A stretch of 38,112 nt of DNA from a virus (taxonomy: Duplodnaviria; Caudoviricetes), in the IMG/VR virus record IMGVR_UViG_3300033232_000030, positions 1-38,112 of that record; one strand, given 5' to 3'. Below, piece after piece: positions 7,566 through 15,734 of the stretch (its first letter is position 1; every line of letters starts with the position of its first letter). The position numbers and the translations under genes were made by a program. Under the pieces are notes generated by a model. It was not told where the DNA came from. It was given only the letters and a program-made list of their open reading frames with translations, and did not search any database.

Positions 7566-8529
7566 CGAAACTCACGAGAAATCCCGGCGTTCAGGCCGGG
7601 GAGGTAGAGGGCGGCAGCAAAGAACTTGGCTTGCATTCCGGCACAGTGAACGCAGTGTGCGAGCAGTACGCCAAGTCGCGCAGCCAGAAGAAACGGCCCT
7701 ATCTGCGCTACCGTGGCAAGAAATCTACAGGCTGGGTGCCGCTCAAGGGCCGCGATTTGAAGCGAGAAGGTAATGCATTTCGCTTTGCGGGCAACACGTT
7801 TCGCGTATTCAATAGCCGTGCGCTTCCAGCTGGCAAGATTAAGGACGGCACGAACTTCTCCCGAGATAGCCGGGGCAACTGGTTTTTGAACATCGTGATC
7901 GAGTTCGAAGCTGCTGCGCCAGGCGCTCGCCATCCGGTCAATGGCGTGGGCATTGATCTGGGGCTCAAGGACTTCGCCACTCTGTCCACGGGCGAGAAGA
8001 TCGAAGCGCAACACATCTACCGGGGCACTGAACAGGCCCTGGCAGTTGCGCAACGGGCTCACAAAAAGAAACGGGTTAAGGCGATACACACCAAGATTGC
8101 GAATCGCCGCAACGACTTTCACCACCAGCTCAGCACCCGCATCGTGCGTGAGTTTGATTACATTGCGGTAGGCAACGTGAATGCCGCCGGGCTCGCCAAG
8201 ACCAACATGGCCAAGTCCGTTCTCGATGCAGGTTGGTCGTCCTTCAGAAGTCAACTCGCGTACAAGGCTATTAAGCATGGCGCATGGTTTGAAGAAGTGA
8301 ACGAGAGCTATACAACCCAGACCTGCTCGGATTGCGGCACCCTGCCAGATTCGAGGCCGAAAGGTATCGCAGGCCTTGGAATAAGGAATTGGATTTGTTC
8401 TGAGTGTGGATGTGTGCATGATCGTGATGTGAATGCCGCAAAAAATATCCTGAAGAAGTTTGGTTCCCGTGCCGGACATGGCACGCCAGTAGTGGGAATC
8501 TCCGTCCTTTAGGGCGGGGAGGATGTCAG
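7566..8529 (+). mobile_element. Internally deleted IS200/IS605-family element (tnpB only)
   Basis: Target TCAT 7562-7565; left end GAAA 7578-7581 plus hairpin 7582-7602; right end GAAT 8496-8499 plus hairpin 8500-8519, ending TCAG 8529; no target duplication. Confidence 0.85.
7610..8512 (+). pseudogene. tnpB: TnpB RNA-guided endonuclease, N-terminally truncated
   Basis: GIDLGLKDFA (RuvC-I), IAVGNVN, EVNESYTTQTCSDCG, WICSECGCVHDRDVNAA. Sequence joins the left-end hairpin directly to mid-gene; no credible start codon. Confidence 0.8.
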
Positions 8530-8545
8530 GCATACCTCATGATTT
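8380..8545 (+). ncRNA. Putative omega/reRNA scaffold plus guide from flanking DNA; 5' boundary approximate
   Basis: TnpB reRNAs overlap the tnpB 3' end and right end; guide would begin gcatacctcatg at 8530. Confidence 0.45.
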
Positions 8546-8993
8546 GCTCAACCAGATTCCTGAGCTCTTGCTCATCCATGTCGCCGTGGTAAACGTGTTT
8601 GAGAGCGCAGTCGATCAGGCTGGAGTAGATTTTCTCGAACGCTTCCTGGTCACAGTTGGCAAAAGACAGGGACTTGGCCTTGAGCTTGATGTGCCCACGG
8701 ATGTCAAAGGTCACGTTGTAGTGGCCAGCCAGAATGACAAACTGCTCACGCCAAACATCAAAGTCAGGCTTGGCCTGGATGCCTTTGTATTCGGCCATTT
8801 CAAGCTTGTCGCAGAAACGCTCATAGCAAAGCTGAAGCAGGCTGAAAGCCTTGTTGTGAAAAGCGCCATTGCGCATCAGCCTGAATTCACCTCGGATGAT
8901 TTCGCCTGCCTTGAAGCGCGAAAGCTTGGTAGCTTCTTCGCTGTTGATGGGTATCAGCGCACCGTTTGGGGATCGTGCCATGAGGACTTCCAT
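8526..8993 (-). CDS. DUF1367-family phage protein
   Basis: RNGAFHNKAFSLL, FDVWREQFVILAGHY, AKSLSFANCDQEAFEKIY; TGATG overlap with thyX. Confidence 0.85.
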   Translation of the reverse strand: MEVLMARSPNGALIPINSEEATKLSRFKAGEIIRGEFRLMRNGAFHNKAFSLLQLCYERFCDKLEMAEYKGIQAKPDFDVWREQFVILAGHYNVTFDIRGHIKLKAKSLSFANCDQEAFEKIYSSLIDCALKHVYHGDMDEQELRNLVEQIMRYA

Positions 8994-9679
8994 CAGCAAA
9001 GCCCATTGAGTTGGTGTTTTTTGAGTGCAGCGACGGCAACGGGAACGATGGGCTCAATCAGCTTGAGCATGGCCTGTGCATAAACTCTGATCTCGTACTG
9101 GCTGTGCTCATGCAAACGCAGCTTAAGGAAGTGAGACAGGTTGTGAAGGTTCATGCTGGTGAACATGTGGCTGTAGGTGTTGACAGGCAACACGCCACGG
9201 GCCAGTTCACGCGGACAGCCGCTTTGAATCAGCTTGTGGTACATGGCATGCGAAAGCGCGCACATGCTGGAAATTTCGTCCTGAATCAATTCGGCTTCAG
9301 GGTGAATTGTTTCGGTGCGCATCTGTTTGTTTGATGTGCTTTGCGTGGTGATCTGGCTAACTTCTGGGATGTAATACTCTTCTGGCAGTTTGGCGTAGCG
9401 TGCCGATATTTCGTTGATTGATTGGGTGCGGTGCCGATGCCACTGCCGAAATACAAAGATCGGCGCTTTCACTTCAAAGGTGAACTGCACACATTCCAGC
9501 GGGCTGGTGTGGTGGTTGCGGATAAGGTAGTCAATGAGCTTTTCGTCTTTGCCTTCGTCAGCACCAGCACGCCATTCGGCGTCATACGAGACCCGCGCAG
9601 AGCGCACGATGGATAGGTCAGACCCCATGTGGTCGATAAGCCTGATAAAGCCGCGGTTGAGTAGTTTGATTTCATTCAT
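8993..9679 (-). CDS. thyX: FAD-dependent thymidylate synthase
   Basis: HTSPLE; ThyX motif RHRTQSINEISAR; ELARGVLP; HSQYEIR; start MNEIKLL at 9679. Confidence 0.95.
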   Translation of the reverse strand: MNEIKLLNRGFIRLIDHMGSDLSIVRSARVSYDAEWRAGADEGKDEKLIDYLIRNHHTSPLECVQFTFEVKAPIFVFRQWHRHRTQSINEISARYAKLPEEYYIPEVSQITTQSTSNKQMRTETIHPEAELIQDEISSMCALSHAMYHKLIQSGCPRELARGVLPVNTYSHMFTSMNLHNLSHFLKLRLHEHSQYEIRVYAQAMLKLIEPIVPVAVAALKKHQLNGLC

Positions 9680-9681
9680 TG

Positions 9682-9990
9682 TTACTTGCCTTGGAAATAG
9701 TCGCACCGCCAAAGGACGGTTTTGACGGGTTGAAAATTCTTGGTCTTGCAGGCGTTGCGTTCTTTGCAGTAGTCGCCACTGAGGTGTTTGCAGGCCAGAC
9801 AAATCTTGCGGTCGTCATGCTTGTCGCGGTCGCGTAGCATGAGTTGGTTGGCCACCGCTTCAGCGTCAGCGGTGTACCTTGACAGTACTTTGACACGGCC
9901 CATGAACAGCTTTATTTCTGCACCGTTCATGGCGTCAGAGTTTGGCCAGCACCAGCGGTCAAGCGGCTCGCCTTGGTCGTTGCAATCCAT
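9682..9990 (-). CDS. Hypothetical phage protein with C-terminal Cys cluster; start uncertain
   Basis: DRWCWPNSDAMN...RDRDKHDDRKICLACKHL...RCDYF; overlaps the primase 3' end. Confidence 0.6.
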   Translation of the reverse strand: MDCNDQGEPLDRWCWPNSDAMNGAEIKLFMGRVKVLSRYTADAEAVANQLMLRDRDKHDDRKICLACKHLSGDYCKERNACKTKNFQPVKTVLWRCDYFQGK

Positions 9991-10880
9991 TTGCGCAGGG
10001 TTTGTGATGCTTTGAATAATCCGCTCCTTCGGCATAGGTCGTTCCAGTCTTCGCCTTCAACGTCGCTCATCAGGTACGGCAGGCCGGTTTCTTTGGCAGC
10101 GTTTTCGCCAACGTGGCTGGCGTCGTTATCTGCAACCACGAACCCGCTGTGCGCCAGGCGCTTGAGGTTGTGCGCGCTAAAGCAGATGTGGATGCGATAG
10201 GGCAGTTTGAGCGCTTGCAGGCAGAGCTTGAGGCTCCAGCCAGTTGCCCAGCCCTCTACAAAAAAGTCAGTGCCATGGTTGTCAAGCAGAAACTCTGCCC
10301 TGGCGGTGATGCCGTCAGTGAGAAACTTCTTTGCGCCTGTCTTGTCGATCATTTGCACACTGCTCAACACTCCGTTGATGCGCATCGGGATGCACAGCAG
10401 GTTGGTCTCGATGTCTGGACGCCAGACCAGGCCGGTCATTTCCGGGAATCCCTTTGATTGCAAATAGGCGTGCTGCTCAGGGACGCATTGGTCAAGAATC
10501 CATTGCGCCTTTTGTGCTGCCATTTCGCCTCGCCTGGCGCGCTCACGGCCCTCCATGGAGCGGCGCACTTGCTCTTCTTTGCGCCTTGCCTCAATTTGCT
10601 TGGCACTTGGTTTTTGGTGTGGCTCAGTGGGTCGCCAGCCAAACGACTGTGCCTCTTTGTAAAGGCTTGCAATGGTGATGCCGGTGCCACGACAGCTTTT
10701 CCAAACAGCTTGCGCTGATTTGGCGTTGTAGTTGTGCGCCGTTTGCGACCACTGATTCCAGATGTCAAAGCCACCGTCACCCAACTCAGATTTGACGGAC
10801 ATGGCCATGCGCACCCAGGTGTCTCTTTCATCGGCTGGAATAAAGTCCAGGGCAGATTCAATCTCTTTCAATGGCGCCAC
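9927..10880 (-). CDS. Primase-like protein (PriCT-2 N-terminus plus TOPRIM domain)
   Basis: ALDFIPADERDTWVRMAMSVK...WNQWSQ; HAYLQSKG; VEGWATG; VADND; DWND. Confidence 0.85.
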   Translation of the reverse strand: MAPLKEIESALDFIPADERDTWVRMAMSVKSELGDGGFDIWNQWSQTAHNYNAKSAQAVWKSCRGTGITIASLYKEAQSFGWRPTEPHQKPSAKQIEARRKEEQVRRSMEGRERARRGEMAAQKAQWILDQCVPEQHAYLQSKGFPEMTGLVWRPDIETNLLCIPMRINGVLSSVQMIDKTGAKKFLTDGITARAEFLLDNHGTDFFVEGWATGWSLKLCLQALKLPYRIHICFSAHNLKRLAHSGFVVADNDASHVGENAAKETGLPYLMSDVEGEDWNDLCRRSGLFKASQTLRKWIATTKASRLTAGAGQTLTP

Positions 10881-12349
10881 CTTGATACGCCTTTGGCGTA
10901 AGCAATGGCTCTGCTTTTGACCCAGCCAACAACTTCTGGCGATGGGTGCTTGGCAGCTGGCTTGGAGGCCGGAGGATCGGTCTTGAATTTCTTTTTGTAC
11001 AGGTGCCAGCTGTAGCCCGGCTTTTTGTTGTACTCTGACTCGTAACCGATCAGCTGGGCGTAGTAGTCAAGCTGGTCAACTTTTGGTTTGTCGCTGACCT
11101 TGACCTCTTTCATCACCCCGGAAATTGAGACAACGTCGTGGCGCCTGGTGCGGACGTGCCCACAGTGCCCACAGATGTCTGCGTTGCCCCAAAGGTAGCC
11201 GCAAGACGGGCACTTGGATGCTTCTTTTTCTTTTGGCGTTGGCTCGGTGCGTGGTTTTTTGTCTTCGCCAGTGTCAAGCGAAGTCACGCCATCGTTGTAG
11301 AGCTTGTTGAACGATTCCTGAAACCGGAGGTAGTTGCCACTATGGTCTTGCACTACGGCAAACTGCTTGTCTGGATACGGGCGTGCGACGCGCCCCATTT
11401 GCTGGACATGCTCTGAGAAACTTTTCTTCAGCGGCCTGGCCAGAATGACGTGATGAACATCAGGCTGGTCAAAGCCGCGCGACAAGATGGCCACCGAGAT
11501 AATGACCTTGATGTCAGAGTCTGGCTTGGCAAAGTCGGCAAGCACTTCGGCACGGTACTCATCTTCATCATTGGATGAAATCTGCACAGCGTTGATGTCA
11601 GCCTCGATGAACTTGCGCGCCAGCTCTGCACCATGGGCAATGCCGCATGAGAAGCAAATGGTCTTGCGCTGCTCACCCCAGACTTCGTTTGAAATGCGGA
11701 TGTAGTCAGTAACCACGTCGCCGACGATCTTCTGGCCGCGCGCCTCAAGCTCATCCTTTTGCCATTCGCCAGCCACGACCTTGACGCCCGTGGTGTCGAT
11801 CTCATGGGCAACAAAGACACGGTAGGGAACCAGGTAGCCTTTATCGACCAACTCTTTCATGGTGATGACCGAGGTGACCGCAGAAAAATAGTTGCCCAAC
11901 TCAGGATTGAATGGGGTCGCGGTGGCACCTATGACACGCAGGTCTTGGCGGTTGTTGAACAGACGCTTTAGTGATGTCCGAAGGCACGCATGGACTTCAT
12001 CGACAAAGCAGATGTCAAACTGTGGCCAGCTGTCCATGCGCTCAAGGGTTTGTGCCGTGGCCACCTGGACCTGTGCATCTGGGCGAAAACGCCAATGCTT
12101 GGCCATCAGCACGCCATGATCGATACCGGCGGAGTCGAGGTGCTTGGAGAACTGCTCAACGAGCACGCGGCGCTCACAGATAAAGACAATTCTGGAACCC
12201 TTGGCCTGGGCTGCCTTGATCATTTGCAGCATCACGACCGATTTTCCGGCGCCTGTAGAAGCCGACAGAATCTGGCGGCGATGTCCATTGCGAAAGCCCT
12301 GGCGCAGGCTTTCAATGGCATCTTGCTGGTATTGCCTGTCTTCAATCAT
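10868..12349 (-). CDS. Superfamily 2 (DEAH-type) helicase with C-terminal Zn ribbon
   Basis: RQYQ, STGAGKS, DEVH, TATP, GFDQP, QQMGRVAR, CPSCG...CGHCG. Confidence 0.95.
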   Translation of the reverse strand: MIEDRQYQQDAIESLRQGFRNGHRRQILSASTGAGKSVVMLQMIKAAQAKGSRIVFICERRVLVEQFSKHLDSAGIDHGVLMAKHWRFRPDAQVQVATAQTLERMDSWPQFDICFVDEVHACLRTSLKRLFNNRQDLRVIGATATPFNPELGNYFSAVTSVITMKELVDKGYLVPYRVFVAHEIDTTGVKVVAGEWQKDELEARGQKIVGDVVTDYIRISNEVWGEQRKTICFSCGIAHGAELARKFIEADINAVQISSNDEDEYRAEVLADFAKPDSDIKVIISVAILSRGFDQPDVHHVILARPLKKSFSEHVQQMGRVARPYPDKQFAVVQDHSGNYLRFQESFNKLYNDGVTSLDTGEDKKPRTEPTPKEKEASKCPSCGYLWGNADICGHCGHVRTRRHDVVSISGVMKEVKVSDKPKVDQLDYYAQLIGYESEYNKKPGYSWHLYKKKFKTDPPASKPAAKHPSPEVVGWVKSRAIAYAKGVSRWRH

Positions 12350-12993
12350 GCCTGCATCCTCCTGTGATTTGCCTCAAACACGGCTTTTGCAAACCCTGCT
12401 GGCGTGGCGCTGCGGATGCTGGCCCGGTCTGGCCCAGGGGGGCATTTGTGAATGCGGTCATCAGGATCACAAAGCCCTGGAGCCTGAAAGGGTGGCGGCA
12501 TCACGAAACCGCCGCCTGTCCACAGGCATGTCTTCTTGGTGTAGTTGTCACCACTAAACCATCCAGTGAAGTGGTGCGGGCTGAAGTAATGGTCCGGCTT
12601 GCGCCAATAGCTTGAGATGCTGCTAACAGGGTTCTCGATGCCATAAGGCGCTTGCGACCATTCGCAGAACTCAACTGCCGTGGCAAACATTGACACCCCT
12701 TGGGCCAAGCGCCTCAATCCCTTTCCTTTGAACCATCGCGCACCGCTTACGGCAAGGTGGTCACATGGCGGGAAGGCAAACACGAATGCAATGCGGTCGC
12801 GGTCAATCGGGAGCAGCAATGGCACCATCAGGTCAGCGTGCTTCTTGTGAAGTCTTCCAATGATCGTCACGCCATCTGTGTCGTAGGCCACGGGGTGCTG
12901 TATGTCAACGGTCCAGCACTCATAACCCGCATCAAGCCACGGCTCGGCCATAATTCCAGTGATGTCAAACAAAAATACGGCGATGTCCTTCAT
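12346..12993 (-). CDS. Second C5 DNA methyltransferase-like protein (short phage Dcm-like family)
   Basis: FAFPPCDHLAVSGARW, IENPVS, YTKKTCLW; ATGA overlaps at both ends. Confidence 0.75.
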   Translation of the reverse strand: MKDIAVFLFDITGIMAEPWLDAGYECWTVDIQHPVAYDTDGVTIIGRLHKKHADLMVPLLLPIDRDRIAFVFAFPPCDHLAVSGARWFKGKGLRRLAQGVSMFATAVEFCEWSQAPYGIENPVSSISSYWRKPDHYFSPHHFTGWFSGDNYTKKTCLWTGGGFVMPPPFQAPGLCDPDDRIHKCPPGPDRASIRSATPAGFAKAVFEANHRRMQA

Positions 12994-13859
12994 GCTCGCA
13001 ACCTCTTGAGTTTGTTTTGCAGCGATAGGCATTGCCGCTTGGCTTGCGCTGCTTCGTTTTGATATTGATCGCGTGAGCGGGTAACGGCCTCCAGGTTGAT
13101 CTCCAGCGTGCGCACTTGTTGGCGAAGCTCTTTGGTGTGCGCAAGTGCCTGGGCTGCTTCGTCGTCAGTAGGGTGAAGAACAATCGCATCGAGCCGGTCT
13201 TGCAGTGCCTGGTTTTGCTGATGCAGTTCCTGGATGTGGTCTTGCGCCTCATCAAGCGCGGTGTATTTGGGCGTGTCTTGCGCTTTGGTGGCTGGCTCGG
13301 CTGCTGGTTGATTGGCTGGCTGCTCGGCGGCGCGGTTCTGCGCCTTGCCAATGCCACCGGTTTTCATTGTTGACGTGGTGCCGTGCTTGGTGGTGTAGGT
13401 GCGCTCTGTGGGCTTCTCACTCAAATCGGATTTGAGTGAGCGCCGAACTGAGCTGACAAAATTCTGTGACACCGCGCAGGTTTTGGCAATGGCGCCGTCG
13501 CTCCAGGCCGCCCACTCGGCATCGCCCAGCATGGCTAGTACCGACTTGCGCTTGTCGGCGTTGGTTGGGCGCTTGCCGTGTCTGCCATTGGCGCCAACAC
13601 TGTAGAGCTTGGCGTCGCGGACAGTGCCTTTACGCACATCAGAGACGATGGATGTTTTGCCAGCTTGGGTGTGGGCGTGGTAGCGGTGGAAGCCGTCGGC
13701 CAGCCAGCCATCTACCCCGTCGTAAAAGACCACGACCGCAGGGAATTCGTCGCCCGACTTGATGGCCTCGGCGTATTCAGTGACAGTGTTGTTGTCGATC
13801 TGGACGCGTGATTGCGTGTCCCCGTCGATACGGATGCTTGCGATGTCGATGGTCTTCAT
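12990..13859 (-). CDS. ParB/Srx-like N-terminal domain protein with HTH and coiled coil
   Basis: TQSR, FPAVVVF, LADGFHRYHA, AN.RHG, WSDGAIAKTCAVSQNFVSSVR. Confidence 0.85.
   Translation of the reverse strand: MKTIDIASIRIDGDTQSRVQIDNNTVTEYAEAIKSGDEFPAVVVFYDGVDGWLADGFHRYHAHTQAGKTSIVSDVRKGTVRDAKLYSVGANGRHGKRPTNADKRKSVLAMLGDAEWAAWSDGAIAKTCAVSQNFVSSVRRSLKSDLSEKPTERTYTTKHGTTSTMKTGGIGKAQNRAAEQPANQPAAEPATKAQDTPKYTALDEAQDHIQELHQQNQALQDRLDAIVLHPTDDEAAQALAHTKELRQQVRTLEINLEAVTRSRDQYQNEAAQAKRQCLSLQNKLKRLRA
13414..13440. repeat. Palindromic site, copy 1, inside the ParB-like gene
   Basis: ctcactcaaatc-g-gatttgagtgag; reverse complement of 13414-13440 equals 25828-25854 exactly. Confidence 0.9.
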
Positions 13860-13963
13860 TTTTGTAACTGGTGTTGCTTTAAGGCACACTTGTGCTGTAG
13901 GGACATTGAGATACCTTTGCTTTTTTTTTCCTAAACAGGCTATTTGTTTGCTAACGCACTTAC

Positions 13964-14224
13964 TTACACGCTGCTTTTGTGCGAGACTTTGCTTAAGGAG
14001 CGCAGAGCAGCCTTCTCTTTGCGATGGGCCTCGCGCTCTTTAACAAGCGTGGCGTAGCTGACCTTGTTTTTTGAAAGCTTGACGATGATTTCCATCCATT
14101 CTGTAGGCATCAGAATGTGGCCAGACTTGGCATTAGTGATGTTGGATCGATGGATACCAAGTTGCTTTGCAATTGTTGTTGCCATGCCGTAGTTTTCATC
14201 TAACCATGCGCTGAATTTTTTCAT
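13964..14224 (-). CDS. Cro-like HTH regulator
   Basis: Divergent from the CI-like gene; ATTIAKQLGIHRSNITNAK HTH. Confidence 0.7.
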   Translation of the reverse strand: MKKFSAWLDENYGMATTIAKQLGIHRSNITNAKSGHILMPTEWMEIIVKLSKNKVSYATLVKEREAHRKEKAALRSLSKVSHKSSV

Positions 14225-14282
14225 AAATGTTGCTTTAAGCTTGAAACAGTTTAAGTGTACAGCAAACAATTAGGAGTGTGTT

Positions 14283-14954
14283 ATGGATACATCAAAAGAT
14301 ATGGCGGTTTTGCGCCGGGCTAATCTGGAGGCATGGATGCACAAACACCGACTCAGCCAAACCGATGTTGCAAACAGGACAAACCGAAGCCGATCGCAGA
14401 TTTCTCTGTTGTTCAAGCGGTTTTTTGGCGAGAAGCTGGCGCGCGATATGGAACGCGATCTGGGTATGCCAAGCGGCTTTCTGGATGACGACACAACGTC
14501 GCCCAAGGGGGTTGAGGCATGGGCAACACCGGATGATTTGCAGCTTGGTGTTTATGCACTGGTGCCAATGGTGATGCTGGCGCTGTCAGATGGCAACCTG
14601 GTTAAACAGGAACAGGCAGCACCACCGCTGGCGTTCCGGCAGGAATGGCTAAAGAGTAAGAGCGTGACGGCCAAGCACAATTTGTGCGTGCTTGCCATGA
14701 CTGGCGATGCCATGACACCGTATTTGCAAGACAAGGATATGCTGTTGATTGATGTCGGGCAAACGGATGTCAATGACAACCAGATTTATGCGATTTCTTA
14801 TGGTGGAGAACTGCGCATGAAGCGCTTGAGCAGACGCTTTGACGGTGGCCTCAAGATCAGATCAGACAACCCGTCTTACCCGGACGATGACCTGAGCCCG
14901 GAGCAGGCAGGGCACATCGCAATTGTGGGTAAGTTGATTTGGCGTGCTGGCTAA
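14283..14954 (+). CDS. CI-like repressor (HTH plus S24 peptidase-like domain, catalytic Ser replaced by Ala)
   Basis: SQTDVANRTNRSRSQIS HTH; FGEKLARDME; GDAMTP; MKRL; SDNPSY; IVGKLIW; RBS AGGAG. Confidence 0.9.
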   Translation: MDTSKDMAVLRRANLEAWMHKHRLSQTDVANRTNRSRSQISLLFKRFFGEKLARDMERDLGMPSGFLDDDTTSPKGVEAWATPDDLQLGVYALVPMVMLALSDGNLVKQEQAAPPLAFRQEWLKSKSVTAKHNLCVLAMTGDAMTPYLQDKDMLLIDVGQTDVNDNQIYAISYGGELRMKRLSRRFDGGLKIRSDNPSYPDDDLSPEQAGHIAIVGKLIWRAG

Positions 14955-15121
14955 AGCTCTTGATGATGTGCCAGATTGAGCGCCTCAATGAGGACTGGCA
15001 CAAGGTCTGCGGGTAGCGTGATGGAATCATCACCTTGCTGAATGATGACGGTATCGTCTTTTGAGCCGACATGAACAGCTTCAAAACTCGAAAATACTTG
15101 ATTGAATTTGCAGGTTTGCAT
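14951..15121 (-). CDS. 56-aa hypothetical protein, not in the ORF track
   Basis: MQTCKFNQVFSSFEAVHVGSKDDTVIIQQGDDSITLPADLVPVLIEALNLAHHQEL; AGGA upstream; stop overlaps the CI stop. Confidence 0.5.
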   Translation of the reverse strand: MQTCKFNQVFSSFEAVHVGSKDDTVIIQQGDDSITLPADLVPVLIEALNLAHHQEL

Positions 15122-15177
15122 AATGATTCCTGAACAGGCTTGGGGTGACGTGATAGCTTTGCGATACTCTTTTGTTT

Positions 15178-15366
15178 TTATTGCGGCTGATTTTGTGGTA
15201 ACTTGTTTGCCGTGTCAATGCGCAAAATAAGGCTGGCCAGTTTATTGATTGGCTTTGAGCCGCCTGCTTTTTCTTGACGGCAATACGACCTGAGTGAAAT
15301 GCCGAGCTCGCTGGCCATGCGCTCTTGTGTCAAGTGAAGTTGAGTGCGGATTTGGCGCAGGTTCAT
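15178..15366 (-). CDS. XRE-family HTH protein
   Basis: LRQIRTQLHLTQERMASELGISLRSYCRQE. Confidence 0.85.
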   Translation of the reverse strand: MNLRQIRTQLHLTQERMASELGISLRSYCRQEKAGGSKPINKLASLILRIDTANKLPQNQPQ

Positions 15367-15734
15367 GATGGCGCTCCTGGCAGGTCCATCCAGTGGGTGG
15401 TGCTACTCAATATCCAGCCCTCGGAGCCGTTGTCTTTCCAGCGCGGCAGAGAGTCTTTGTCGATCTGTTCCAGGTAGGCAAGGCTGTAGTCGCAGCCATC
15501 CGACACAAGTACGACGCGAGAGTTGGGCCAGCCAAAGTCGCACTGGTCCATCACAGGAACATCTGGGATTGTGTGCCACCCAGGTTGGGCCGCTTGCCAG
15601 CACTCCCACAAGGTTTGGACGTGTGAGCTGTTGTAGTTGCCAGATGGCATGGGTTTGATGTTTGACCGGTAGCCTTGGGTAACTAACCAGGCGTGGAAGG
15701 TGTTGCGCTCTTCATTGTTTGTGTGTGTGCTCAT
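15363..15734 (-). CDS. DUF551-like hypothetical protein
   Basis: C-terminal THWMDLP; WECWQAA. Confidence 0.7.
   Translation of the reverse strand: MSTHTNNEERNTFHAWLVTQGYRSNIKPMPSGNYNSSHVQTLWECWQAAQPGWHTIPDVPVMDQCDFGWPNSRVVLVSDGCDYSLAYLEQIDKDSLPRWKDNGSEGWILSSTTHWMDLPGAPS

Noticed and set aside
7550-7609. ORF-track start of TnpB at 7550
   Set aside because: Lies outside the element and reads through the left-end hairpin; not tnpB-like sequence
14857-15084. 75-aa minus ORF as a HicA-like toxin
   Set aside because: Overlaps CI by ~100 nt; another frame (14951-15121) has an ATG and RBS and fits the gap better
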